Of a DNA stretch of 64,000 nt, positions 34,037 to 43,713 are shown piece after piece. Source of the DNA: Paratractidigestivibacter sp. (GTDB taxonomy: Bacteria; Bacillota_I; Bacilli_A; Erysipelotrichales; Erysipelotrichaceae); assembly GCA_963607765.1 (NCBI GenBank), contig CAVDDT010000034.1:440-64439 (forward strand), written 5' to 3'. The notes beneath the pieces were generated by a model. It did not search any database, had not been told where the DNA came from, and saw only the letters and a program-made list of their open reading frames with translations. Every line of letters starts with the position of its first letter. Position 1 is the first letter of the stretch. The translations under genes were made by a program, and so were the position numbers.

Positions 34037-35677
34037 ATGAATAAGATTGAATTAAGTTTAGTAGAAGTAATCAAGAATGCGGTTAAGACTGTTTATGGTC
34101 TTGATAACATTGATGATTTAGTAATGGTAGAAATTCCTAGAGATAATTCTAATGGAGATTATTCTAGCAACATCGCAATGCGTTTAGCTAAGAGTTTAAA
34201 AAAGAAGCCTGCTGATATCGCTAATGAATTAAAGGGTAGTTTAGTTTCTGATGAAATTTCTAAGGTAGAGGTAGCTGGTCCTGGTTTTATCAACTTTTGG
34301 ATGAAAAAGGAAAGTTTAGCTGATGTCATTAACCAGGCTATTGAAAAAGGTGATGATTTTGGTAGAAGCGATACTGGCAAAGGTGAGAAGATTTTACTTG
34401 AATATGTAAGTGCTAATCCTACTGGCATTCTTCATTTGGGCCATGCCCGTGGTGCTGCTTGGGGTGATAGCTTAGCTAGAATTATGAAGTTTGCTGGTTA
34501 TGCGCCTTTAAGAGAATATTATATTAATGATGCTGGCAATCAAATGGATATGCTTGCCTTATCTATTGAAGCCAGATATAGAGAAGCGTTTGGTTTAGAT
34601 TTTAAGCTTCCTGATGATGGTTATCATGGTGCTGATGTTAAGAATATTGCTTTAGCTATTAAGGAAAATGATGGCGACAAGTGGCTTAATGTAAATAGAG
34701 ATGAGGCTCTTGCTTATTTTAAGAGTGAGGGTGAGCATCTTGAACTTGAAAGAATTCGCAAAGATTTAGCTTTATATCGTTGTGAATTTGATTCATGGAT
34801 TTCTGAGGCTAAATTAGTTGCGGAAGATAGAGTTAATAAGGCAATTGATAGGATGGTTTCTATGGGCCTTACTTATGAAAAAGATGGTGCTTTATGGTTT
34901 AAGTCTACCGAATATGGTGATGATAAAGATAGAGTGCTTAAGAAACAAAACGGTTATTATACTTATTTAGCACCTGATATTGCTAATCACGTTTATAAAT
35001 TTGAAAGAGGATATACTAAGCTAGTTAATTTATGGGGAGCTGACCATCACGGTTATATTCCTCGTATGAAAGCTGCTATTGAGGCCATGGGATATCCTAG
35101 CAATTCTCTTGAAGTCGATATCATTCAAATGGTTAGACTTGTTGAAAATGGCGAAGAAGTTAAGATGAGCAAACGTACTGGCAATGCAGTTACAATTAGA
35201 GAACTTTGTGAGGATGTTGGTGTTGATGCGGCTAGATATTTCTTCTTAGCTAAGGCACTTGATACTCAATTTGATTTTGATTTAGGTTTAGCTAGATCTA
35301 AGAGTAATGATAATCCTGTTTTCTATGTTCAATATGCTTATGCTCGTATTTGTTCAGTATTAAGAAATGCACCTGAATTTAAATGCCAAGATTCATATAG
35401 TTTATTAAATAGTGAAAAGGAAACCGATTTGCTTAAGCATATTAATGAGTTTACTAGTGTTGTTTCTGATTGTGCTAGTACACGTAGTCCTAATAAGATT
35501 TGTAACTATGTTCAAAAGCTTGCACAATATTTCCATTCTTTCTATGGATCTTGCAAAGTATTAGATGATTCTAATAAGGAACTTACTAATGAAAGATTGT
35601 GCTTATTAAAGGCAACACAAATCACATTAAAGAACGCACTTGATTTGCTTGGCATAGAAGCTCCTGAAAAGATGTAA
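34037..35677 (+). CDS. argS: Arginine--tRNA ligase
   Basis: Class I motifs ANPTGILHLGHARG and KMSKRTG, plus a DALR anticodon-binding C-terminus. ATG at 34037 (MNKIEL..) is preferred over the ORF-track start at 33998. Confidence 0.93.
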   Translation: MNKIELSLVEVIKNAVKTVYGLDNIDDLVMVEIPRDNSNGDYSSNIAMRLAKSLKKKPADIANELKGSLVSDEISKVEVAGPGFINFWMKKESLADVINQAIEKGDDFGRSDTGKGEKILLEYVSANPTGILHLGHARGAAWGDSLARIMKFAGYAPLREYYINDAGNQMDMLALSIEARYREAFGLDFKLPDDGYHGADVKNIALAIKENDGDKWLNVNRDEALAYFKSEGEHLELERIRKDLALYRCEFDSWISEAKLVAEDRVNKAIDRMVSMGLTYEKDGALWFKSTEYGDDKDRVLKKQNGYYTYLAPDIANHVYKFERGYTKLVNLWGADHHGYIPRMKAAIEAMGYPSNSLEVDIIQMVRLVENGEEVKMSKRTGNAVTIRELCEDVGVDAARYFFLAKALDTQFDFDLGLARSKSNDNPVFYVQYAYARICSVLRNAPEFKCQDSYSLLNSEKETDLLKHINEFTSVVSDCASTRSPNKICNYVQKLAQYFHSFYGSCKVLDDSNKELTNERLCLLKATQITLKNALDLLGIEAPEKM

Positions 35678-35712
35678 AGAATAAGGCATTATAATTGTCT
35701 TGAATTAATGAA

Positions 35713-35739
35713 GTGACATTGATATGTCACTTTTCTTTT
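35713..35739 (+). terminator. Rho-independent terminator after argS
   Basis: GTGACAT (35713-35719) / ATGTCAC (35724-35730), followed by ttttctttt. Confidence 0.8.
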
Positions 35740-35886
35740 GGCTTAAATTAGTTTAACAAAACGATTATAGTTAAGAAAGTTCTTATGTAAACCGATTGTA
35801 AAGCATAATGTACATGATAATTGGTGGAGGCAACTGAGTGATTTCATTAAATTAAATGGTGTAAATAAGCAAAGGAGCATTAAGCT

Positions 35887-36696
35887 ATGGAAATGATTTC
35901 ACTGCATAACATTCAAAAGAGCTATGGCCCTCATCTAGTTCTGGAGGATGTTAATCTAACAATCCAAAAGGGAGAGATTTATGGCCTGATTGGTAAAAAT
36001 GGTGCGGGTAAGACTACAATTTTTAAAATTATTCTTGGCCTAACCGAGTTTGAAAATGGCCAACTTTCTATTATTGGAAAAAGCACAAAAAAGGATATAG
36101 AGAGTTCAAGGAAGAAGATAGGTTTCTTTATTGGGAAAAACTTTTTTGATTATCTAACCGCCAAAGAAAATCTAGAATACTATCGTCAAATGAAGGGCAT
36201 TCATGATAAAAGTGAAACAGATCGTGTTTTAAAGTTGGTTGGACTAGATAAAACAAATACAAAGTTTGGTTCGTTTTCTATGGGCATGAAACAACGTCTT
36301 GGCATTGCCAACGCCATGCTGGGGAATCCTGAAATCTTAATTTTAGATGAGCCTGTTAATGGCCTTGACCCACAGGGCATTGCGGATATTCGTAATCTAA
36401 TCACGACAATGAACAGAGATTATGGAACAACAGTTATAGTTTCTTCTCATATTCTTGGAGAACTTGAACATACGGCAACACGTTTTGGCATTATTGATGG
36501 GGGCCATGTACTAAAAGAAATCACTCACGAGGATCTAAAGGTTCCTAATGACAAAATAGAACTCCGTGTCTCAGATTGTGCTAAGGCTAAACAAATTCTA
36601 AAAGAGAATGGCATTTCTATTTTGCAAGAATCTTCTAAGTATAAATCATTAGAGGATTACTATTTTGAACTAGTAGGAGGTAATATTCATGACTAA
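35887..36696 (+). CDS. ABC transporter ATP-binding protein (ABC-2 / peptide-immunity type)
   Basis: Walker A GKNGAGKTT, signature FSMGMKQRL, Walker B ILILDEP. SD aaaggag. Confidence 0.9.
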   Translation: MEMISLHNIQKSYGPHLVLEDVNLTIQKGEIYGLIGKNGAGKTTIFKIILGLTEFENGQLSIIGKSTKKDIESSRKKIGFFIGKNFFDYLTAKENLEYYRQMKGIHDKSETDRVLKLVGLDKTNTKFGSFSMGMKQRLGIANAMLGNPEILILDEPVNGLDPQGIADIRNLITTMNRDYGTTVIVSSHILGELEHTATRFGIIDGGHVLKEITHEDLKVPNDKIELRVSDCAKAKQILKENGISILQESSKYKSLEDYYFELVGGNIHD

Positions 36697-37438
36697 CTAT
36701 ATTTTTGCTGATTTGAATCGTATTTTTAGAAAACAAAGTTTCTTGTTAGCACTAGGAGCTTTTGCCGGATGCTTTGTGATTCTTGTGTTTATCTATTTTA
36801 ATCCAAGTTTTACATCTGATATGTATGTTTCTAAAATCACTAGCTTTATGAGCTATTTTCCATTGATAATTGGACTGTTTACTTTCCTATCGGTATATGC
36901 AGATGATTTTAAATGCCACTCTATGCAGATTGCGATAGGATATGGCATACCAAGAAGCCGCATCATTTTTGCAAAGCTATTAGAAAGTACCATTTTGTTG
37001 CTTCTAACAGCTGGAGCTATGACGATTCTTCTTGTAGCTACCCCGTTACTTCTTAAACTTGCACCTACTAGCCAACAAATAGTTTCTCTTGTGCTTACTG
37101 CTCTTGGAGAATCGCTACGTGCACTTGGTTATGTAGCAATATCTGCCGTTGCAGTATTCTTAAGTCAAAACGGAACTGGCGGCATAATTCTTTATGTGTT
37201 GCTTTCATCTAAAACTATCTACATTGTATTGAGCATGCTTTTGGGACAAGACTTCTTGCGTAATGCTATTGGGGATTTAACAAAGTATTTATATACCGTG
37301 ATGATTTATACTTGCAAAACAAATTTGATGCAGGGTGGACACGTGCTTATCTATTTGATTTTTGCGCTGTTACTATATGTTGTGCTTCCAACAATTATTT
37401 CTATGGTTGGCTTTCACAAAAAAGAACTTGAATTTTAA
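36689..37438 (+). CDS. ABC-2-type permease
   Basis: 249 aa with about 6 TM helices. Overlaps the ATPase gene by 8 nt. Confidence 0.65.
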   Translation: MTNYIFADLNRIFRKQSFLLALGAFAGCFVILVFIYFNPSFTSDMYVSKITSFMSYFPLIIGLFTFLSVYADDFKCHSMQIAIGYGIPRSRIIFAKLLESTILLLLTAGAMTILLVATPLLLKLAPTSQQIVSLVLTALGESLRALGYVAISAVAVFLSQNGTGGIILYVLLSSKTIYIVLSMLLGQDFLRNAIGDLTKYLYTVMIYTCKTNLMQGGHVLIYLIFALLLYVVLPTIISMVGFHKKELEF

Positions 37439-37453
37439 TGGAGGAATTTTACT

Positions 37454-37852
37454 ATGAAAAAGAAAATTATTATTATTGTTGCGATGGTGCTTGTGATTTT
37501 TGGTGCATTTTGGGCAAAAGGATACTACAATGACCGCTATCTTGTTTCAGATTGTTACTATACGCAGATTCCTGAAGATGAAGTAAACGAAGATTCTTGG
37601 CTTGTAGATAAAGATGGTGTAAAACAAGCTAAGGGAAAGGCCTACAATTTAGTTGGTTATAATGATCAGGGTGAACAAAAAGAAGTGTATTTCACTAAAA
37701 AGGGAAGTGCGAAAGATTATTATGCGCCTGGAAGCTATATCAAGGTTAATATGAGTAAGACCATCACTCTAAGCGTAGAGGTGGTAGAAGAATCATCTGT
37801 TCCTAAGGCTGCCTTAGAAAAGATTCAAGAGCTAGGAACCAAAGTGGACTAA
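37454..37852 (+). CDS. YxeA-family (DUF1093) small secreted/anchored protein
   Basis: N-terminal TM/signal segment, then ..YYTQI...KGKAYNLVGYNDQGEQKEVYF.., typical of the YxeA family. Confidence 0.7.
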   Translation: MKKKIIIIVAMVLVIFGAFWAKGYYNDRYLVSDCYYTQIPEDEVNEDSWLVDKDGVKQAKGKAYNLVGYNDQGEQKEVYFTKKGSAKDYYAPGSYIKVNMSKTITLSVEVVEESSVPKAALEKIQELGTKVD

Positions 37853-37903
37853 CGTGGATAAACCGTTGGAATTAATTTATAATTTTTTTGAGGTGATTAA
37901 ACA

Positions 37904-38296
37904 ATGAATACAACAAGATTAATAACTATCTTAGTCGCTATACTTTATGTATTATTCTGGATTGCCATATTTTGTGGTGTTGTCTATCTTTTTATACTAA
38001 TCATAAAGGCACTAAAAAAATATATTAAATCTAAGGATGTGCGTGAAGAAAAAAAGACTGTTGCCAAGTCTTTGGGCGAGGCATTAAAGGAAAACCGTAT
38101 CCGTTGTCAAATGACACAGGAGTTTGTGGCGGAAACGCTGGGTGTTAGTCGCCAGTCTGTTTCCAAATGGGAAAATGGTTCTAGTGATCCTAACACTTCC
38201 AATTTGATTGCTCTTGCAAAACTTTATAAAATCTCTCCTGAAGAATTACTGCAACAAGCAACAGAAACATCAGAAAATGATAGTCAAAAAGAATAA
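37904..38296 (+). CDS. Membrane-anchored XRE-family helix-turn-helix protein
   Basis: N-terminal hydrophobic stretch of about 30 aa, a basic linker, then the HTH ..MTQEFVAETLGVSRQSVSKWENG...NLIALAKLY.. Confidence 0.75.
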   Translation: MNTTRLITILVAILYVLFWIAIFCGVVYLFILIIKALKKYIKSKDVREEKKTVAKSLGEALKENRIRCQMTQEFVAETLGVSRQSVSKWENGSSDPNTSNLIALAKLYKISPEELLQQATETSENDSQKE

Positions 38297-38329
38297 TTTG
38301 TATTTGATTAAGGCAGCGGAAGCTGTCTT

Positions 38330-38566
38330 TTATAATGTTTCAACTAATTCAAAGCGATATTTTTGTTTAACATCTGGATATTTATTGTGATCTACTTCGC
38401 TTAGAAACATTTCTTTTTCTCTTATCCATAATGTTCTATCACCATACAGTTTTCGATAGATAACATATTCTTTTTGATCTTCGCTGTTTAAAGCGACATC
38501 TTCTACATAATAATAGTTGCCCTTAAAGTGTTTGTATATGCCTTTTATTTGTAACGTTCTATTCAT
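38330..38566 (-). CDS. DUF1653-family protein
   Basis: ..IYKHFKGNYYYV...SEDQKEYVIYRKLYGD..LWIREKEMF...QKYRFELV matches the DUF1653 pattern. Confidence 0.7.
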   Translation of the reverse strand: MNRTLQIKGIYKHFKGNYYYVEDVALNSEDQKEYVIYRKLYGDRTLWIREKEMFLSEVDHNKYPDVKQKYRFELVETL

Positions 38567-38719
38567 GAAATTATTATATTTTAAAACAAAATATAAATAT
38601 ATGTTATTTTAAATGACAAATATAATGTATTCTTAGGATGGCAATATTTTTAAACAATTGTCAAGAGTAGTAATTAAGATAATTATTTTTTATATTGAAA
38701 GTTGTAAGGAGGCTTGTTT

Positions 38720-39376
38720 ATGGCTAGAAAGGTTCGAATTCCTAATTATACTTTAGGAGAAGAAATTACAAATTCAATTACGCACGGAATAGGTGCAATA
38801 TTCGCTCTTGTTGCGTTAATATTAATGATTGCCAAGGCGGCAGTAAATGGCAATACGGCATTGTGCTATACGGTATTGTCGGTATATGGAGCATGTATGC
38901 TTGTGACATATGTTATATCTTGTGTCTATCACGGTCTATCGCCTAAATTGAAGGGCAAGGGTGTTCTTAGAGTTATTGATCATTGTGATGTATATATGCT
39001 TGTTTTGGGTACAATTACTCCAGTTGCCTTGCTTGGCGTAAAAGGATTTTATGGTTGGTTATTATTTGGTTTAGCTAGTGCACTAACAATTGTTGGGATT
39101 GTATTTACAGCGATTGATGTTGATAAGTATTCTAAGGTGTCAGTATTTTGCCATTTGTTATGCGGCTGGTGTGTATTATTTTTTGTAAGGCTTCTTGTAG
39201 CTAATGCGGATATCAAATGTTTATATCTTATTTTAGCTGGTGGAATATCCTATTCTGTTGGTGCTTTGCTTTATTGGCTGGGCAAAAAGATTAAGTATAT
39301 GCACTCAATATTCCATGTCTTTGTTTTAGCTGGAAGTGTTTTACAATGGTTGGCAATCTATTTATACTTAATTTAG
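38720..39376 (+). CDS. Hemolysin III / PAQR-family membrane protein
   Basis: 7-TM protein with ..EEITNSITHGIGA.., ..DH..IY.L.. and ..H.F.. motifs. ATG at 38720, 8 nt after SD aaggagg. Confidence 0.8.
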   Translation: MARKVRIPNYTLGEEITNSITHGIGAIFALVALILMIAKAAVNGNTALCYTVLSVYGACMLVTYVISCVYHGLSPKLKGKGVLRVIDHCDVYMLVLGTITPVALLGVKGFYGWLLFGLASALTIVGIVFTAIDVDKYSKVSVFCHLLCGWCVLFFVRLLVANADIKCLYLILAGGISYSVGALLYWLGKKIKYMHSIFHVFVLAGSVLQWLAIYLYLI

Positions 39377-39384
39377 AGGTTTTT

Positions 39385-40629
39385 ATGTTTGAAATAAGTG
39401 ATGAAATTTTAGAAGAATATGCCACTTTAGCAGTTAAAGTTGGTGCTAATGTAAAAGAGGGCCAGACTGTTTTAATTAGTGGTCCTGTGCAGGCTTATAA
39501 GTTAATTAATAAGTGTGTTAAAAAAGCTTATGAAGCTAAAGCTAAGAGAGTTTTAGTTGATTATAGTGATGAAGATAATCTAAAGCTTAAATATGAATAT
39601 GAAGATAGTGAAACTTTAAGTCATATTTTTGAATATCAAGTTTTAAGAAATAAGGAGTTAATTGAAGAAGACTATTGCACAATCCATATTGTAGGTGGTG
39701 ATCCTGATTTGTTTAAGGGACTTGATAATGAAAAGATTAAGAAAGCTAGCATTGCTCGTATGAAGGCTTTTGCGGATTATGATTATTACTTTATGAATTC
39801 TGTTGGTCAATGGACTTTATTGGCTTATCCTAATTTAGCTTGGGCAAAGAAAGTATTCCCTGATTTAGATGATGAAGATGCTATGAATGCCTTATGGAAT
39901 GCGATTTTGATGACTTCTAGAGTGGAACTTGGCAAGACTGTTGAAAATTGGAAGAATCATGATGAAGAATTATTCAATCATTGTAAGAAAATGAATGAGT
40001 ATAATTTTAAGTCTTTGCATTTTACTAATTCACTTGGTACCGATTTAACCGTTGGCTTAATTAAGGATCATATTTGGTCAGGTGGTGAGGAAATTGCTTC
40101 TGGTAAATATAAGGTTCCTTTTAATGCGAATATTCCTACAGAGGAAATTTTTACAATGCCAGATCGATATCATATAGATGGTAAGGTTTATTCTACTAAA
40201 CCACTAAGTCATAATGGTAAGATTATTCCTTCTTTTAATTTAACTTTTAAAGATGGCGTTGTAGTAGATTATGATGCAAGTGAAAACAAGGAAGTATTAA
40301 AGACTATTTTGGATACTGATGAGGGTTCTAAGTCTTTGGGCGAGGTGGCTTTGATTTCTTATGATTCCCCTATCAGCAATAGTGGCATCTTGTTTTATGA
40401 CACATTGTTTGATGAGAATGCATCATGTCATTTAGCTCTTGGTGCTTGTTATCCTACTACAGTTAAGGGCGGAGATAAATTATCTAGTGAAGAATTATAT
40501 AAACTAGGTGGCAACGATTCTTTAAATCATGTTGATTTTATGTTTGGATCAAGTGATTTAAGTGTTGTTGGCTTAACTTATGATGACAAAGAAGTAGATA
40601 TCTTTAAGGATGGAAATTTCTTATTCTAA
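39385..40629 (+). CDS. M29-family aminopeptidase (PepS/AmpS-like)
   Basis: ..LEEYATLAVKVGANVKEGQTVLISGP.. N-terminus typical of M29 peptidases. The likely start is MFEIS at 39385. Confidence 0.8.
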   Translation: MFEISDEILEEYATLAVKVGANVKEGQTVLISGPVQAYKLINKCVKKAYEAKAKRVLVDYSDEDNLKLKYEYEDSETLSHIFEYQVLRNKELIEEDYCTIHIVGGDPDLFKGLDNEKIKKASIARMKAFADYDYYFMNSVGQWTLLAYPNLAWAKKVFPDLDDEDAMNALWNAILMTSRVELGKTVENWKNHDEELFNHCKKMNEYNFKSLHFTNSLGTDLTVGLIKDHIWSGGEEIASGKYKVPFNANIPTEEIFTMPDRYHIDGKVYSTKPLSHNGKIIPSFNLTFKDGVVVDYDASENKEVLKTILDTDEGSKSLGEVALISYDSPISNSGILFYDTLFDENASCHLALGACYPTTVKGGDKLSSEELYKLGGNDSLNHVDFMFGSSDLSVVGLTYDDKEVDIFKDGNFLF

Positions 40630-42947
40630 TGGAAATAAAGGGCTTAACTAGTGAAGAGGTAGCTGTTAGAGTAGCTAATAATCAAGTCAATAAGTCTAAC
40701 GTTAAGACTGACAAGAGTGTTAAGGAAATAGTTACTTCTAATGTTTTCACTTATTTTAATTTGATTTTTGCAGTGCTTGCGGTTCTTTTAATTATTGCCG
40801 GGGCTTTTCGCAATTTAACATTTTTGATTATTGTCATTATCAATACTGTTGTAGGTATTGTTCAAGAGCTTAGAAGTAAGAAAGTTCTTGATGAGATGAA
40901 CTTGCTGAATGCACCTTTTTCTACAGCTATTAGAGATGGAGAAAAGGTTGAAGTTAAAAGCGATGATTTGGTAAAAGATGATGTAGTTTTCTTAAAAAGT
41001 GGTGATCAAATTTGTGCTGATGGCGTTGTATTGGATGGAACACTATTGGTTAATGAGTCACTTTTAACTGGTGAACAAGATAGTATTAAGAAAAATGTTG
41101 ATGATAAGCTTTTATCGGGAAGCTATGTTGTTTCTGGTGAAGGCTATATGAGGCTTGAAAATGTAGGTGATGATTCATATATTTCTAAATTGTCTAGTGA
41201 GGCTAAGTCTATGGGCAAGATGAATCAATCAGAGATGATTAAGTCTATTAATGCGATTGTTAAGTGGGTTGGCATTATTATTATTCCTGTTGGTATACTT
41301 CTTTTTTGCCAAGCTAATTTTTTCAATCATGAGGGATTCTCTAAAAGTGTAGTTTCAATGGTTGCTGCTGTAATAGGCATGATTCCAGAGGGACTATATC
41401 TTTTAACGACAATGGCTCTAGCTTTAAGTACTATTCGTCTTTCCAAGAATAAAGTGCTTCTTCATGATATGAAGAGTATTGAAACACTTGCTAGAGTAGA
41501 TGTTTTATGTGTTGATAAAACGGGCACTATTACTAAGCCAGATATGGAAGTTGGTCAAATTGTTCCTGTTAAGAAAGATGATTTAGATTCAGTAAAGATT
41601 TTATTAAAAGAATATAGTAAGGCTGTTAGCGATGATAACGCTACAATGAAAGCAATAAGAGAATATCTTAAGGATGTTAAGGATGGCGAATATACTTGCT
41701 TAAAGTCTATTCCATTTAATAGCGAGAAGAAGTATGGTCTTGTTTCTTTTAAAGAAGGGAATTATGTATTTGGTGCCCCTGAGTTTATTTTAAAAGATAC
41801 AAAAGATGTAGAACCTTATTTAAAGGGTGGTGCTAGAGTTGTTTTGTTAGCTGAATGTGCTTCTTTTAGCGATAAAGGTACTTTTAAGAAAGCTATACCT
41901 GTTTGTTATGTTATTTTAAATAACCAAATAAGAGAAAATGCTAAAGAGACATTTGAATACTTTAAAAAACAAGATGTTAAGATTAAAGTTATTTCTGGTG
42001 ATAATCCTAAGACGGTAAGTGAGATTGCTTTAGAGGCTGGCATTGATGATAGTGAGAACTATGTTGATGCAAGTACTCTAACTGATGAAGATATTAATGA
42101 TGCTGCAAACAAGTACACTGTTTTTGGTAGAGTCACTCCAAAACAAAAGCAAATGCTTGTGAATGCTTTAAAGAAATCTGGTCATACAGTAGCTATGACT
42201 GGTGACGGTGTCAATGATATTTTAGCTTTAAAAGATGCGGATTGTAGTATTGCGATGGCTAGTGGCTGTAAGGCAACTAGTCAAGCTGCCCAAACTGTGC
42301 TTCTTGATTCTGATTTTTCACATATGCCTGATGTAGTGTACGAGGGAAGAAGAGTTGTTAATAATATCGAAAGATCTGCGTCATTATTTTTGGTTAAGAA
42401 TATCTTTTCTTTCTTGATGTCGATGTTTTCACTTGTCTTGTTTATAACTTATCCTCTTGAGCCAAATCAAATATCCTTGATAGCTGGTTTCACAATTGGC
42501 ATTCCCGGTTTCTTATTAGCTCTTGAGCCAAATGATAGAAGAATTGAAGGAAAGTTTATTAAAAACGTTTTAATTAAGGCTCTTCCAGCTGGCATTACAG
42601 ATGCCATGTGTGTTGGTATCTTTGTGATGTGCGGGCAAGTATTTAATATATCTAACAATGAAGTAGCTACAGTTTCAACGATGATTTTGGCTAGCGTTGG
42701 TTTTATGATTATGATTTATATTTCTAGACCATTCAATAAGCTAAAGACAACGGTTTTGATTGTGTGTATTGCAGGACTATTCTTATCAATAATTTTCTTG
42801 AAGGATTTGTTTTCACTAAAGCCTATTTCTTGGATAGTAACGTTATTGATGCTGGTGTTTATATTGGCTTCTGTTACTGTTTACCGTGGTTTGAATCTTT
42901 TTGCCGAGTTTGTTGATAGAAAAATAGAGGAACATGCAAAGCGCTAA
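40629..42947 (+). CDS. P-type cation-transporting ATPase (PEGL-type)
   Basis: DKTGTIT phosphorylation site, TGE-type actuator loop (LTGEQ), MIPEGL in TM4, and hinge MTGDGVNDILALKDADCSIAM. Confidence 0.93.
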   Translation: MEIKGLTSEEVAVRVANNQVNKSNVKTDKSVKEIVTSNVFTYFNLIFAVLAVLLIIAGAFRNLTFLIIVIINTVVGIVQELRSKKVLDEMNLLNAPFSTAIRDGEKVEVKSDDLVKDDVVFLKSGDQICADGVVLDGTLLVNESLLTGEQDSIKKNVDDKLLSGSYVVSGEGYMRLENVGDDSYISKLSSEAKSMGKMNQSEMIKSINAIVKWVGIIIIPVGILLFCQANFFNHEGFSKSVVSMVAAVIGMIPEGLYLLTTMALALSTIRLSKNKVLLHDMKSIETLARVDVLCVDKTGTITKPDMEVGQIVPVKKDDLDSVKILLKEYSKAVSDDNATMKAIREYLKDVKDGEYTCLKSIPFNSEKKYGLVSFKEGNYVFGAPEFILKDTKDVEPYLKGGARVVLLAECASFSDKGTFKKAIPVCYVILNNQIRENAKETFEYFKKQDVKIKVISGDNPKTVSEIALEAGIDDSENYVDASTLTDEDINDAANKYTVFGRVTPKQKQMLVNALKKSGHTVAMTGDGVNDILALKDADCSIAMASGCKATSQAAQTVLLDSDFSHMPDVVYEGRRVVNNIERSASLFLVKNIFSFLMSMFSLVLFITYPLEPNQISLIAGFTIGIPGFLLALEPNDRRIEGKFIKNVLIKALPAGITDAMCVGIFVMCGQVFNISNNEVATVSTMILASVGFMIMIYISRPFNKLKTTVLIVCIAGLFLSIIFLKDLFSLKPISWIVTLLMLVFILASVTVYRGLNLFAEFVDRKIEEHAKR

Positions 42948-43659
42948 ATGGAATCCTTGGCATGGCTGTCATAAGATAAGCGATGGCTGTAGGTTTTGTT
43001 ATGTGTATCGCATGGACAAGGAATTTAATTCTTCTTTGGCTAGTAATGTATGCAACAAGACTAAGAATTTTGATTATCCAATAAAAAAGAATAAAGATGG
43101 TTCCTATAAAATGAAACCATCTTTTGTCTATACTTGTTTCTCGAGTGATTTTCTTTTAGAAGAAGCAGATAAGTATCGTGATGATGCTTGGAAAATGATA
43201 AGGGAAAGAAATGATTGTGTCTTTTTCTTTGTGACAAAAAGAATTGACCGTTTTATGAGCTGCATCCCAAGTGATTGGAATGATGGCTATGATAATGTGA
43301 TAGTTAGTTGTACGGTTGAGAATCAAAAGATGGCTGATTATCGCCTTCCAATATTTTTGAATACACCTATTAAACATAAGGAAATTATTTGTGAACCACT
43401 TTTGGAGAAAATTGATTTAGGCAAGTATTTAAAAGATATAGAGAACGTATCTGTGGGTGGGGAATCTGGAGAGAATGTAAGAGTTTGCGACTATGATTGG
43501 ATTTTAGATATTAGAAGACAATGTATGGAAAACGATGTTAGTTTTTCTTTTCATCAAACCGGTTCTTATTTTAAAAAAGATGGAAGAGTTTATAATATTC
43601 CTCGTTTTAAACAAAACAGTCAGGCTAAAAAGGCAATGATTGATTATTTGAAAAAATAA
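42934..43659 (+). CDS. DUF5131 (phage Gp37/Gp68-like) three-Cys protein
   Basis: N-terminus ..WNPWHGCHKISDGCRFCY.. (C12-x6-C19-x2-C22), characteristic of this family. Overlaps the ATPase gene by 14 nt. Confidence 0.7.
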   Translation: MQSAKWNPWHGCHKISDGCRFCYVYRMDKEFNSSLASNVCNKTKNFDYPIKKNKDGSYKMKPSFVYTCFSSDFLLEEADKYRDDAWKMIRERNDCVFFFVTKRIDRFMSCIPSDWNDGYDNVIVSCTVENQKMADYRLPIFLNTPIKHKEIICEPLLEKIDLGKYLKDIENVSVGGESGENVRVCDYDWILDIRRQCMENDVSFSFHQTGSYFKKDGRVYNIPRFKQNSQAKKAMIDYLKK

Positions 43660-43689
43660 TGAAAATTTTTTCTTTTTTAAAAGCATTCA

Positions 43690-43713
43690 AATGCCTTAAA
43701 CAAGGCATTATTT
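43690..43713 (+). terminator. Hairpin terminator (weak T-run)
   Basis: AATGCCTT-aaac-AAGGCATT followed by atttc. Confidence 0.5.

Noticed and set aside
35740-35886. Small peptide (bacteriocin or leader-peptide) genes upstream of the ABC-2 module.
   Set aside because: Only 9-10-codon ORFs (MSLFFWLKLV, MYMIIGGGN) occur. They have no SD, and one lies inside the argS terminator.
38208-38390. 60-aa ORF spanning the end of the membrane HTH gene and the start of the convergent DUF1653 gene.
   Set aside because: It overlaps two better-supported genes and shows no translation signals.
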